A stretch of 64,000 bases of DNA from Candidatus Bathyarchaeia archaeon (lineage in GTDB: Archaea > Thermoproteota > Bathyarchaeia > Bathyarchaeales > Bathyarchaeaceae): contig JBHIEV010000001.1 of NCBI GenBank assembly GCA_046760805.1, positions 130 through 64,129 on the forward strand. The letters run 5' to 3'. This document shows, piece after piece, positions 9,498-19,815 of the stretch (the first letter of the stretch is position 1; every line of letters starts with the position of its first letter). The notes below the pieces were generated by a model that was not told the DNA's origin, ran no database searches, and saw only the letters and a list, made by a program, of their open reading frames with translations. The position numbers were made by a program, and so were the translations under genes.

Positions 9498-10151
9498 ATG
9501 AGGTTTATAATATTTGGTCCTCCTGGTGCGGGTAAAGGCACCTACGCTTCTATGTTAGCATCCAAACTCAAGATAGCCAAAATATCCACTGGCGACATAA
9601 TTCGAGACAAGGTAAGACGAAACACAGACCTTGGAAAGAGTATGGCCGACTTTGTAAAGAAGGGCGACTTGGTTCCTGATGAAATCGTTATCGAAATCCT
9701 AAAGAAAGAGATCAGCAAACCATTCAGCAAAAACGGATTCATCTTGGATGGATATCCGAGGACGATCAAACAGGCAAAGGCGCTAGATGGCATTGAAAGG
9801 ATCGATGCAGTTATTCGTCTGGTTGTTCCGGAATGGGTTATCATAGAGCGGCTGTCAAGCAGAAGGACATGCAAGAAATGCGGTGCCATATACAATGTGA
9901 AATATTTGAAGCCGAAGAAGGAGGGCGTCTGCGATGTATGTGGGGGTGAGCTTTTCCAGCGTGAAGACGACAAGCCAGAAGTCATTAGAGAACGGTTGAG
10001 GGTTTACGAAGTGCAGACTCAACCACTAATAAATTACTACATGGACAGGACGCCCTTCATAGATATCGAATGTAAATCGGTGGATATTCCACCGGAAACC
10101 ATAGTTAAAGAGATATTACGAGAATTGCAGAATAAAGATTTAATGAGGTAA
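9498..10151 (+). CDS. adk: adenylate kinase (long form with zinc lid)
   Basis: 217 aa. P-loop GPPGAGKGT. Lid CKKCG...CDVCGG. Confidence 0.9.
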   Translation: MRFIIFGPPGAGKGTYASMLASKLKIAKISTGDIIRDKVRRNTDLGKSMADFVKKGDLVPDEIVIEILKKEISKPFSKNGFILDGYPRTIKQAKALDGIERIDAVIRLVVPEWVIIERLSSRRTCKKCGAIYNVKYLKPKKEGVCDVCGGELFQREDDKPEVIRERLRVYEVQTQPLINYYMDRTPFIDIECKSVDIPPETIVKEILRELQNKDLMR

Positions 10152-10271
10152 TTATAGTACATCAGAGCAAGCGCGCATGTCTTTAGGAGCTTCAACCTCT
10201 TTCCTAAAGATTGACTCTCTGCAACTGTAGAGTTTCGTTAGGTTGATGTTTCGCTGTGTACCTAGTCTAAC

Positions 10272-10631
10272 TCATAGGACCAAGATCACAATTACTGCTA
10301 TAAGTGAGCAAGCTAATCCAAAAAGGAATGTTATGGCTGTGGTTGTCCAGAGCTTCTTCTTCGTTGGGTAAATGGTGTAAAAGAAGATGGAGAACGACGA
10401 TAGGAGAAACATTATTGAACCAAAAGAGAGCAGGAATCTGATTGTCAATGGTGCTCCAACTGCAACCTGCAAGGCTGTTAGGTTCAACGCTGCGAGTGTT
10501 CCTGGATATGAGGCGTGAACGATTGGTTTTATAAATCTCTCTTCAAATTCTTCTGTCAAGATAATCTCCACGAATGTTTTTTGATGTATCAGGCTATATT
10601 TATCTGCTTGGTCCTTTGAGCCAACATGCAT
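10272..10631 (-). CDS. small membrane protein, unknown function
   Basis: 119 aa. C-terminal half has 2-3 hydrophobic helices. Confidence 0.4.
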   Translation of the reverse strand: MHVGSKDQADKYSLIHQKTFVEIILTEEFEERFIKPIVHASYPGTLAALNLTALQVAVGAPLTIRFLLSFGSIMFLLSSFSIFFYTIYPTKKKLWTTTAITFLFGLACSLIAVIVILVL

Positions 10632-10918
10632 GCATTAAGGGATTACACTACATGCGCATTCCTCTCATTCAAGGTCACTCTTTAATCAACGCGTCTTAAC
10701 TAGTCATCAATCATTGTTAAAGACGTCCAGATCCGATAATAATATAGGAGTAGAAATCTGGCCACCACAAATGTAGAGTTAGTCCTCTCTTTTTCCTTCG
10801 CTAGAGCGCGAATACGTTGTAGAGTTTTGTTCGACATGCGGTAGAGCATAGAGAGCGCTGTGTTTGCAAGAGTTCAGGGGCAAATCTTAAGTTTGGAACG
10901 TGAATAAACAGATGAGAG

Positions 10919-11338
10919 GTGATATTGATGGCGAAGAAACTGGTCTTAAAGATCGATAAGCCTCATTTCGTTGTTAAGCTTCACGAAGACACACTTGAGG
11001 TGGACTTAAAGGAAGGAGTCAAGAAGGAGCTTGAAGATGCAGTTGAGGCGCATCCAATCCTCAGGGAAAGCTTGGGAGTCCTATTCCAAACCTTAGTCCC
11101 TTTAGATGTTGCGTTGTGGGACATAGACTCTGCAGAAGTTGATGACAAAGGCCGATTGAAAATAGTGATTCCACTACGAAGAGACATTACCATTCCCTTG
11201 GAAGCCAACGAATCCAAGAAACTTGCCGAGAAGTTAAACGAATTAATACCCGTCGCCAAACTGAAGGACGCCGAGCGTATGAAAGCATTAGAGGAAGCGG
11301 AGGAAAGAGCGAAACCAAGAATGAGACGGCCGATGTAA
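10919..11338 (+). CDS. hypothetical protein (acidic, Lys/Glu-rich C-terminus)
   Basis: 139-aa ORF. The antisense ORF looks like a shadow. No motif recognised. Confidence 0.4.
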   Translation: MILMAKKLVLKIDKPHFVVKLHEDTLEVDLKEGVKKELEDAVEAHPILRESLGVLFQTLVPLDVALWDIDSAEVDDKGRLKIVIPLRRDITIPLEANESKKLAEKLNELIPVAKLKDAERMKALEEAEERAKPRMRRPM

Positions 11339-11435
11339 CTCAAATCTATGTGCATGAACTCTTGAGTTGCTCGTACCTGTAGAGTATTAAAACTTCCTTT
11401 TCTTCTCAGTTTTTCCTTGAATACTAGGAATCTAA

Positions 11436-13184
11436 CTATCGATGAGCGAAGTAGGCTGTTAACTTCTCATCTAGGCTATCAACTCGGACGAAGCCGAAGC
11501 GTTCAAATTGAATGATCTCATCAGGACGGAGTCCCTTACAAGTATCCTCAGCGAAACCCCTTACCACAGAGGCATCAGGCATCACAACCTCACAGGGGAT
11601 ACCAGTATCTGTAGAAATCCAGTGGATCAAGGGAGCGGCGAGTCCTTTCGCCTCCTCGTAGGACCTGCTGTGGAAGACGGCCTCGATCAGTTTCTTTCCA
11701 ACTTTCTCAACCTGAAAGTTGAATAGCTCCATCAAACGCATCTTCGCTCCCTTTTTGAAGAGCTTCAAATCGTCTCTTGAAATCCACAGAGAGGCTTCTT
11801 CCTCCTTAGGCTCGATCTCAAAATGGCGAAATCCTCTCTCTGGCTGATCTGGATGCAATGGAATTCTAACTGAAAACGGACCGGGAACATTCCTTACACT
11901 AAGCTCTATCGGATTACGGACGAAGAAGTAACGATTCGCCAATGGGTCAATAATCTTGCGATTGTGGGCGTAGAGATTTTCCCAGCTTAGCACAACATCT
12001 GCAGTCTTAGGCCCTACGTCAACTATCAGACGCCGAATCGACTCTGGCGTTATTCCTCTCCTTCTCAAGGCTGCGAAGGTGGCGAGTCTCGGATCGTCCC
12101 AGTCCGTGAAGACGCCCTCTCTGACCCCTTCAACGATCTTTGATTTGCTAAGGGACGCGCCTTTTATCTTGAGTCTTCCGTAATGGATCGCCTCCGGATA
12201 CTTCCATCCAAAATGTTCGTACATGTATTCTTGCCTTCTCTGGTTTGTCAGGTGCTCCTTTCCGCGGATAACATGAGTTATGCCAAGAAGATGGTCATCG
12301 ATGCCACAAGCGAAGTTGTAGAGGGGCCAAACTCGATACTTACTGCCAACTCTAGTATGTGGATGTCGCTGTGGGTTGATGATTCTCAGCGCTGGCCAGT
12401 CTCTTATAGCAGGATTCGGATGGGTCAGGTCAGTCTTAATCCTTACGACGGCTTCTCCTTCCTTGTATGTTCCGCCGAGCATCTGTTTCCAACGGATAAG
12501 ATTCTCTTCTGGCGTAAGGTCTCTACAGGGGCACGGATGTTTAGCCAACACTCTTTCCCGAAATTCTTCAGGTTTACATGTACAAACGTAGGCGTTTCCT
12601 TCTTTGAGAATTTTCTCGGCGTGTTCATAATAAATGGGAAGTCTGTCGCTCTGAATGAACTCACCGTCCCATCTGCAACCAAGCCACGTGAGGTCTTCCC
12701 GTATGAGGTCGTAGAATTGTAACGCCGACTTCTTCAGTCTTGGATCGGTGTCCTCGAAGCGTAAGTAGAATAGGCCATCATACATTTTGGCGTACTCATG
12801 GCAGAGAATTATAGCCCTAGCTGAACCTAGGTGCAAGACGCAGTCGGGATTGGGCGCAAAGCGAGTTACAACTCGCTCGTATTTCTCAACATTCGGCAGA
12901 GGCGGGAGTTCTCTCTTCCTCTCTACTTTCTCCTCAAGCAGAATCTCAGGCCAGTTCTTCTCGATAATCTCTCTTTGTTGCTCTAGCGAAAGCTTGTTAA
13001 CCTCTTCAACCACCTCAGCGATCGCTGAGGCAATTTGTTTTACATTCCCTTTCAGATGTGGACGTTCAGAGAGGACCTTTCCGAGAACCGGTTGCACTCG
13101 AGCTTTCCCTTCATAGCTAATTGCGTTTAGAAGGGCGATTCTACGAATAAGCTCTCTGAGTTCGGCATTTTCATCCAAAGTCAA
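11436..13184 (-). CDS. gltX: glutamyl-tRNA synthetase, archaeal/eukaryal type
   Basis: 582 aa. HLGSAR (HIGH-like), RFEDTDP, LSKSK (KMSKS-like). Confidence 0.9.
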   Translation of the reverse strand: MTLDENAELRELIRRIALLNAISYEGKARVQPVLGKVLSERPHLKGNVKQIASAIAEVVEEVNKLSLEQQREIIEKNWPEILLEEKVERKRELPPLPNVEKYERVVTRFAPNPDCVLHLGSARAIILCHEYAKMYDGLFYLRFEDTDPRLKKSALQFYDLIREDLTWLGCRWDGEFIQSDRLPIYYEHAEKILKEGNAYVCTCKPEEFRERVLAKHPCPCRDLTPEENLIRWKQMLGGTYKEGEAVVRIKTDLTHPNPAIRDWPALRIINPQRHPHTRVGSKYRVWPLYNFACGIDDHLLGITHVIRGKEHLTNQRRQEYMYEHFGWKYPEAIHYGRLKIKGASLSKSKIVEGVREGVFTDWDDPRLATFAALRRRGITPESIRRLIVDVGPKTADVVLSWENLYAHNRKIIDPLANRYFFVRNPIELSVRNVPGPFSVRIPLHPDQPERGFRHFEIEPKEEEASLWISRDDLKLFKKGAKMRLMELFNFQVEKVGKKLIEAVFHSRSYEEAKGLAAPLIHWISTDTGIPCEVVMPDASVVRGFAEDTCKGLRPDEIIQFERFGFVRVDSLDEKLTAYFAHR

Positions 13185-13209
13185 GACATGCCACTAACTT
13201 AACAGCCAT

Positions 13210-14280
13210 TCAGATTTTTCTCTCAATCAAGTAGTCAGCAAAGGCCTTCAACTTTTCTTTAGCCTTTGAAGATGGAAAGAACTCAGCAACATCTCTCCAG
13301 CTCTCTCTCACTATTTTTCGTGCGTACTTCTTCGCGTACTCTATGGAGCCATAACTTTTGATTATGTTGATTGCTTCGTCTCGCAGTTCTTTGTCTGTTG
13401 TGTGCATATTTAGAATTTCCAGAAGCCTCTTTCTGTCTTTGGGCTCTGCCTTTTCCAGGGTATGGATCACCATCAGGGTTCTTTTTCCCTCGGTGATATC
13501 TTGGCCAAGTCCACCTTTCATTTCAGCGAACTCTTTGCTGACCAAGTCGAGAACGTCATCTTGAATTTGAAAAGCCACGCCAATGGACTCTGCAAACCTC
13601 CCGATTCTTTCAACTAAATCGCCATCAGCATCTGCTAGAACTGCGGCCATCTTTGCTGACATCCTTGCAAGGGTCCCAGTTTTGTTGATGCACATCTGGA
13701 GGTACTGTTTCTCATTGGCTGTCTCTGATCCCTTGTGCCATGTGATGTCGGTTGCCTGTCCAAAGCTTAGGTTTATCATCTCTTGTATGTAGATTTCGTA
13801 GATTTTATTGCGCTTGACCTCTGATACCTTGTCTTTGTTCCTGATTAAGCTCAACAGGGGCAAGTAATACATCGCGTTTCCCGTGTTTATTGCTATATCG
13901 AGACCAAACATTCTGTGGGTACAGGGCTTTCCTCTTCGATACTCAGAATCATCCTCAATATCGTCAATCATAATGGTGCCGTTGTGGATGACCTCCGGTA
14001 CAATGGCGAAGTCTACGAATTCTTTCGCGTTTCTACCAAGAGCCTCACAGATGAGAAGAAAGAGAGTTGGTCTCCATCTCTTACCGCCCCTGTCTAAAAA
14101 GTCCCATATGGGCTCGGCTACAGCTTTGTTCAAGGCCTCTAAGCTATATTCGTATCTTGGTGGGCCAAGTGTGAAAACTAGAGAATCCTTGTCGTACTTT
14201 CTTGGGATGTATTTCTCTATCGCTTCGTCGATGATAGGTGCTTTCTCTTCAAGGATCTTCTTGATGTTTATCTTCTTCAT
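13210..14280 (-). CDS. trans-polyprenyl (geranylgeranyl) diphosphate synthase, type-III-like
   Basis: 356 aa. FARM region HNGTIMIDDIEDDSEYRRGKP and SARM FQIQDDVLD. The FARM context resembles eukaryote-type GGPPS (HNASLLIDDIEDNSKLRRG). Confidence 0.85.
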   Translation of the reverse strand: MKKINIKKILEEKAPIIDEAIEKYIPRKYDKDSLVFTLGPPRYEYSLEALNKAVAEPIWDFLDRGGKRWRPTLFLLICEALGRNAKEFVDFAIVPEVIHNGTIMIDDIEDDSEYRRGKPCTHRMFGLDIAINTGNAMYYLPLLSLIRNKDKVSEVKRNKIYEIYIQEMINLSFGQATDITWHKGSETANEKQYLQMCINKTGTLARMSAKMAAVLADADGDLVERIGRFAESIGVAFQIQDDVLDLVSKEFAEMKGGLGQDITEGKRTLMVIHTLEKAEPKDRKRLLEILNMHTTDKELRDEAINIIKSYGSIEYAKKYARKIVRESWRDVAEFFPSSKAKEKLKAFADYLIERKI

Positions 14281-14309
14281 CGCATCACTTTCAGATTATT
14301 CTAAGTGAA

Positions 14310-15419
14310 TCACGTCTTTCTCCTTGCGTAAGTCTCGGGGTGGAAACCTCTCATTCTCAGCCACTCAGCTGTTTTTCCCGTTATCACCGCCGGAGTCACG
14401 CTCATTTTTTTAATGGAATCTGCTCCTACAAGAAACATAGCGTTTCTGAGTTCTTCAAGAATGTGTTGAAGTCTTTTCTTGACTGCCTTTTCACCTTTTG
14501 TAGCAGAAGGCAGGATCGGTAGAGATATGCTAGCCAAACTTCCACCTAGTGCCAAAGCCTTTGCAACATCAATGCCTGAGCGGACTCCTCCCGAAGCAAT
14601 GATGGGTAGCTTCACGGACTGAACAACTTCTACGAGGCTTGCCACAGTGGGTATGCCCCAATCCCAGAATGTTTGGCCTAGCCTTTGCCTGAGCTCGTCT
14701 TGATCTCTCTTGGCTCGATAGTATTCTACTGCAGCCCAGCTCGTTCCACCAGCCCCAGCCACGTCTATGCCTGAAACGCCAGCGGCTTGAAGCCGCTTCG
14801 CCTCCTCTGCTGCTATGCCTGCTCCGGTTTCTTTAACGATTACTGGAACATCGATTGCCTCAGCGATTTCGCCTATTTTGTTGAGGATGCCCTTATAGTC
14901 TGTTTCTCCCTCAAATTGAATAGTTTCTTGGAGCGGGTTTAGATGGATGGCTAAGGCATTGGCATCTATCATCTCAACAGCCCTTCGAGCTTCCTTGACG
15001 TTATAGCCCCTGACGAGTTGTGGGCCTCCGATGTTGGCTATGAGGAAGGCGGTGGGAGCCTCCTTTCTAGTGACCGTGAAGGTGCTCTCAAGCCTTGCGT
15101 CATCGATGGCTGCTCTCTGGCTTCCAACTCCCATTCCGAGCCCTAACTCTTCAACTGCTTCGGCGATGGCTTTGTTGATTCTCGTCGCTTCTAATACGCC
15201 TCCGGTCATTGCTCCAACTATGAGTGGAGCTGAGAATTTATGATTAAAAACAACTGTTGAGAGGTTGATTTTCTTACGTTTGATTTCTGGTAATGCTTTG
15301 TGTATGAGGTGTACGTCCTCGAATCCTGTTGTTATTTGTTTGGCTTGGACGCTCTTCCTAAGGCTTATCTTCAGGTGATCTGCCTTTCTTTCTTCGATTG
15401 GGCTGGGCAGTTCTTTCAC
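14310..15419 (-). CDS. fni: isopentenyl-diphosphate delta-isomerase, type 2 (FMN-dependent)
   Basis: 369 aa. ERKADHLKISL N-terminus, AMTGG, TIM-barrel FMN motifs. Confidence 0.9.
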   Translation of the reverse strand: MKELPSPIEERKADHLKISLRKSVQAKQITTGFEDVHLIHKALPEIKRKKINLSTVVFNHKFSAPLIVGAMTGGVLEATRINKAIAEAVEELGLGMGVGSQRAAIDDARLESTFTVTRKEAPTAFLIANIGGPQLVRGYNVKEARRAVEMIDANALAIHLNPLQETIQFEGETDYKGILNKIGEIAEAIDVPVIVKETGAGIAAEEAKRLQAAGVSGIDVAGAGGTSWAAVEYYRAKRDQDELRQRLGQTFWDWGIPTVASLVEVVQSVKLPIIASGGVRSGIDVAKALALGGSLASISLPILPSATKGEKAVKKRLQHILEELRNAMFLVGADSIKKMSVTPAVITGKTAEWLRMRGFHPETYARRKT

Positions 15420-16195
15420 TCTCTTTCTATTATGGTTCCAACCACTTTTTGTCCTTTAAGGGCTTTGTAAATGTTGTTGGGTTTAGTGGCATTAGCGATT
15501 GTCACGCGAATCCCCTGCTCGACAGCGGGTATCAGTTCCTTTATCTTTCCCATCATACCTCCTGTAACATCGGTGACCTTCGCTTTTTCAACCTTCTGCT
15601 GGAGTTTCTCCAACTCTTTTGCTGTTAGGCGCGGAATGAGTGTTGCTGAAGGATCTGTTTTCGGGTCAGCAGTGTGAAGACCATCCACATCGGCGCCTAT
15701 TATGATACGTTTGGCTTTCAGGCTTACTGCGAGATGGGAGATTAGCTGATCGCCTGATAAGATTGTGAAGCCGATGTCTGAGTCGAAGACGGCATCTCCA
15801 TAAAGAACTGGCAAAAAATCCTTTTGCAACATTTGAATAAGAGGTCTTTCTTCGAAACTCTCTATTCGACCTGACTTGGTGGTTATGCAAGAGGCTGGTG
15901 ACACGGCTATAGCTGGGATGTTGTGGTCTATTAGCGAGTCCACAACCAGCCTGTTCAGGACGGTCATTGTCTGATGTGTCTTTGAGAATCCCATGATCTG
16001 TGAAGAATCCGTGTATCCCTCATTTATCCCATATTGCTTGGCAATAGGGTGTCCGAAGGAGCCGCCTCCATGAACTAGAACAAGGGGGGTAATGTTTGCT
16101 CGTTTGATCTCTCCTGCGAGTCTCATGATTGCTCCTTTGTTTGGGGTAAATGGTTTCTTCTTCACCGTAATTGCGGATCCGCCGAGTTTTAGCAC
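15416..16195 (-). CDS. ipk: isopentenyl phosphate kinase
   Basis: 259 aa. Amino-acid-kinase fold with KLGGSAIT and LVHGGGSFGH. 4-nt overlap with fni. Confidence 0.85.
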   Translation of the reverse strand: MLKLGGSAITVKKKPFTPNKGAIMRLAGEIKRANITPLVLVHGGGSFGHPIAKQYGINEGYTDSSQIMGFSKTHQTMTVLNRLVVDSLIDHNIPAIAVSPASCITTKSGRIESFEERPLIQMLQKDFLPVLYGDAVFDSDIGFTILSGDQLISHLAVSLKAKRIIIGADVDGLHTADPKTDPSATLIPRLTAKELEKLQQKVEKAKVTDVTGGMMGKIKELIPAVEQGIRVTIANATKPNNIYKALKGQKVVGTIIERE

Positions 16196-16536
16196 TGTGG
16201 GCTTTCTCGGTCGAGTTATTTGTGGTTCCCTCGTTCAGACTTTCGGGGACTTTCTAGATAAATCTACCCACAGCTTCGCCAGTTTCTTCATCTCCTGAAG
16301 CCATTCCATTTCTTGCCTAGAACCGGATACGACATCTACTTGTTTTTGCTTAAAGTACAAGTGTAACGTTGGCGATTGTACACCCATAAAGAGTATTTTT
16401 CTCATAAGTCCACATGTTTTGCTTATCTTGAAGTATACGTAGATATTAATAAACTTCTTATGATTTCAGGCGGTCTCAGTTCTGAAGAGCAATAATAGTC
16501 GAATGACCAGTGTGAATATTCGATAGGAAGTATAGC

Positions 16537-16755
16537 ATGTCAGAATACTTCGAGAGGAAATCTTTTCCTGAACAGAAAGCGTTTAAGGGAAGATGTGTGG
16601 ACTGTCACGGATCTCTAGAGTTGTATGAGGTGGACTTCAAGAACAAATCAAAGATCCTTCTATGCAGGCGATGCGGTCTCCTACACCTTTATACAAAGTC
16701 CTTCCTTGGTGGATGGAAGCTCGTAAAAGCGAGAAAGATGTCCGAACCCCTCTAG
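16537..16755 (+). CDS. small zinc-ribbon protein
   Basis: 72 aa. CVDC...CRRC pairs. Only plus-strand gene inside the mevalonate cluster. Confidence 0.4.
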   Translation: MSEYFERKSFPEQKAFKGRCVDCHGSLELYEVDFKNKSKILLCRRCGLLHLYTKSFLGGWKLVKARKMSEPL

Positions 16756-16877
16756 AATCTCCTCTGACGAAACTCTTCTGTTCATGCCAGCGCTTCTCTT
16801 CTCTAGAAGTTTCTTTCTTGAATTCTCTTGTTGCTGTATGTGGTGCCAGCAGCTAGAACAGGCTGCTGAAGCATTCT

Positions 16878-17264
16878 TCACCTCTTTATTCTGACCACAT
16901 CATTCTCTAATCGAACAATGTCGCCTGTCTCTATTTTTGAAATATCGATATTGTCAATGCATGGTATTTCTGAGATTATTGCTCCCACGGCAACCACGGT
17001 TTCACACTCTTTATTTACGATCCCTGCGGGGGCTGTACCATTCTTCTTCATCCTGTAAAGAGTGTAGGATCCGACGGTTGACCCTTTGCCATTTGGGAAA
17101 ACCAGTATTTTGTCCTTCACATTCTTTCCCTGTAGTTCATGTCCCTTTTCTATAAGTACGCCTGTGTCTGGGGCCACTCCGCCGTAGAAGGATATTGGTT
17201 GTGAGGTGGTTAAGGCTTCTCCTTCCGCAATTCCCTTTGAGATGATTCTTCCTTTCAGCTCCAT
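16878..17264 (-). CDS. aconitase-X small (swivel, DUF126-type) subunit; putative phosphomevalonate dehydratase small subunit
   Basis: Start moved to MELKGRIISKGIAEGEAL... (ATG 17264, overlapping the upstream stop as ATGGAGCTGA). VFPNGKGSTVGSY motif. The longer track ORF to 17417 overlaps the large subunit. Confidence 0.7.
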   Translation of the reverse strand: MELKGRIISKGIAEGEALTTSQPISFYGGVAPDTGVLIEKGHELQGKNVKDKILVFPNGKGSTVGSYTLYRMKKNGTAPAGIVNKECETVVAVGAIISEIPCIDNIDISKIETGDIVRLENDVVRIKR

Positions 17265-18460
17265 TTTCCTCTCACCGCAGCCTCTATACACTCTTCTAGG
17301 CTTCCTAGTTTTGTTTTCATGTCGTTGTGTCTGGAATAGTAACAGCCTTTTGCAGAGGTTGTTGCAACGGACCTGAACCTTCCTTTTAATGGAGCCACTG
17401 CCATACAAGTGTCGCAAGCGAATTTTCCCCCAGCTTTTTCGATTGTTTCTGTGTAGCTTCGCTTGTCAGCGAGTTGTTTTGTTTGTCTTGATGTTGCCAC
17501 CCAGAATTCAGTGTTTGGAGATATTTTCTTACTTCTTAACAGTCCTGCTATTTTGGCGATTTCTTTGATGGATGAGTGAGGGCAGCCTATACAGACGAAA
17601 TCGATGGCTTCAACATCGTCATTAATGTTTTCGTATGCTTCTTTAAGGTCATTATCATCAATGGTGATCTTCTCTTTTGGAGGCTGATGTTTCTCGGATC
17701 CTGGGGTTATTCCCTTGATATAAAATAGTGGTTTCGAACCGTAGGTCACCACTGAGGCACAGAACGATTTCAACTCGTCCAAATCCGCATCTCTTATGCC
17801 CGTTATGTACGGGATTTTGTTTCCAATCTTTTTGCCAATACACCAGCCAAGAGCTCCCCAATCCGAGAATCTTTTCAATTTTGCCTTCACTTCTACATGA
17901 GTGTCTGGTACTCTGTTCTCTTCCAGATGAAGCCCATAGCATGGTGTTTTGCCAACGAAAGCTGCTGCAAGAGCTGATGGGCCTCCTTCCCTGTTTGTCA
18001 TTGCTCCAATGACCGAGTTTGCGAAAGTGACTGCGGAAGACTCGGACCAAGCGATGTGTTCCCCATATCTTGGGAGGTTGCCTATTAGGTAAGGTGTACA
18101 TGTGCAGGAGATGATTATGCCCATTCTCCTGAAAGCATCTATAACCAAGTTTTGTTTTTCTGCGAACTCTTCGGAGATTCCAAGTTTCTTCCAATCCTCC
18201 AAATCCATTCCAGCAGGGTTCAAAGTTGTAAGCACTTTGACTCTTCCATCTCTCGCCAGTTCATTTAGAAACTCTAGACCAGCATCTCCTAGGTTGTGAT
18301 AGGATACGCCTGCCACCTGAACAGAACCGACTTCTATGAGTTTTTCAGCACCGTAAATATTCCCTAGGGCAACAAGTATCTCCATCGATTTTTTTACTGC
18401 GTAACCTTCTTCTCCATCCAGCATTCTTTCTTCTTCTTTTGTGAGGTACATGGAGGTCAC
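17255..18460 (-). CDS. aconitase-X large (DUF521-type) subunit; putative phosphomevalonate dehydratase large subunit
   Basis: 401 aa. N-terminal LTKEEERMLDGEEGYAVKKSMEILVALG pattern and Cys-containing core typical of AcnX catalytic subunits. Confidence 0.75.
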   Translation of the reverse strand: MTSMYLTKEEERMLDGEEGYAVKKSMEILVALGNIYGAEKLIEVGSVQVAGVSYHNLGDAGLEFLNELARDGRVKVLTTLNPAGMDLEDWKKLGISEEFAEKQNLVIDAFRRMGIIISCTCTPYLIGNLPRYGEHIAWSESSAVTFANSVIGAMTNREGGPSALAAAFVGKTPCYGLHLEENRVPDTHVEVKAKLKRFSDWGALGWCIGKKIGNKIPYITGIRDADLDELKSFCASVVTYGSKPLFYIKGITPGSEKHQPPKEKITIDDNDLKEAYENINDDVEAIDFVCIGCPHSSIKEIAKIAGLLRSKKISPNTEFWVATSRQTKQLADKRSYTETIEKAGGKFACDTCMAVAPLKGRFRSVATTSAKGCYYSRHNDMKTKLGSLEECIEAAVRGKWS

Positions 18461-19764
18461 AGGAATCTGTTCAGATCAACTCTTCTGTACTCTTCCTTTT
18501 TGAAGCCCTTACCCGTTTCTTTGAATGGGATCGTCGCGTCCAACCCCATCTTACATGTTGTTGCTTTTTTTCCTTCAGTTAAATCTCCAGAGGGATCAAG
18601 GGAAGATCCTCTTTGGTTCGGCAGGATAATGGCGTCTTTGTCTGCTTGGAACCTTGTTGCAATGGCCCATTCAACGTCGTTTTGGTCATAGATGTTTATG
18701 TCGTCATCCACTACAACGCAATGTTTCAATGAGCTGTGACCCTCAAAAGCTGCTTTGATCGCTTTCTTCCCATCATCTGGTTTCTGCTTTGTTATTTGCA
18801 CCACCGCGTGGAGCCAGCTACAACCTCCAGGGGTTATGTAAACATCTTTACATTCACAGACTTTATTCACTTCATTGAAGATTGTTGGTTCTCTGGGCAT
18901 TCCCATCAAGAACTTATGTTCATTTCTTCCAGCAAGTATGGTTTGGTAAATTGGTTTCTCTCTATGAGTTATACAGTTGACTTCTATCACAGGTTGCTGT
19001 CTAACCTTGTCAACAATCCCTGTCAGATCTAAGAATGGTCCTTCTGGTGCTGTTTCTTTTGTTATCCTTCCTTCTAACACAATCTCGCAGTCTCTCGGAA
19101 CCTCAACATCGATGGTCTTACACTTCACCAATTCTGTTCTCTCCAACGCATTTGCCATTCCTAATTCATCAACCCCCTTTGGCAGAGATGTGGCAGCAGC
19201 GAGAAGAACAGCAGTCGAGTTGCCTATACACATCGCAATGTCAAGTTCGCCACCAGACTTTTTGAGGGCGGTGTCCGTTCCTCTCTCCTCAACAATTCTA
19301 GCTACGAACTTGTTCTTATCTAGCAGCATTAACCTGTGAAAGCATGTGTTTCTGCCCAACTCTGGGTCCTTTATTATCGCTATGGCAGATGCAATGTATT
19401 TTCCGCCGTCCTTTTCTGTGTACGTCATTATAGGCAGCTTTGTCAAATCAACATCTTTCTCAACTATCTCTTGGCATTCTCCCTTCTCCACAACATCTGG
19501 AGGAACAGGATTTTCTATGGCATTGGATAGCTTGTGCAGCAATTGCTCTTTCTTTATGTTCAGAGCTTTGGCAATCAGTTCTTTAGAAGAGACTAGGCCT
19601 GCTACAACGGGGATGCTTGATTCTCTCACTTTTTCAAAGAGCACAGGTTTCTCGCCGAGAGCATCTACAATCCCCGCCATCTCATACTCGGTTGACACTT
19701 CTTTTCTTATTCTTGTTAATTCTCCATTTTTGTCAAGTTGTTCCAGAAAACTTCTAAAACCCAA
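18457..19764 (-). CDS. UbiD-family decarboxylase; putative anhydromevalonate-phosphate decarboxylase
   Basis: 435 aa. FRSFLEQLDKNGELTRIRKEV N-terminus typical of UbiD. 4-nt overlap with the AcnX large subunit. Confidence 0.75.
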   Translation of the reverse strand: MGFRSFLEQLDKNGELTRIRKEVSTEYEMAGIVDALGEKPVLFEKVRESSIPVVAGLVSSKELIAKALNIKKEQLLHKLSNAIENPVPPDVVEKGECQEIVEKDVDLTKLPIMTYTEKDGGKYIASAIAIIKDPELGRNTCFHRLMLLDKNKFVARIVEERGTDTALKKSGGELDIAMCIGNSTAVLLAAATSLPKGVDELGMANALERTELVKCKTIDVEVPRDCEIVLEGRITKETAPEGPFLDLTGIVDKVRQQPVIEVNCITHREKPIYQTILAGRNEHKFLMGMPREPTIFNEVNKVCECKDVYITPGGCSWLHAVVQITKQKPDDGKKAIKAAFEGHSSLKHCVVVDDDINIYDQNDVEWAIATRFQADKDAIILPNQRGSSLDPSGDLTEGKKATTCKMGLDATIPFKETGKGFKKEEYRRVDLNRFL

Positions 19765-19815
19765 TCTTCTCCCTTCTATGAAGGTGATTTCTTATTTCTA
19801 ATAAGGCTGTTTTCT

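Noticed and set aside
16878-17417. 179-aa version of the AcnX small-subunit ORF with a basic N-terminal extension.
   Set aside because: The first 51 codons overlap the AcnX large-subunit gene and look non-protein-like. The DUF126-type domain begins at the internal ATG 17264, which overlaps the upstream stop codon.
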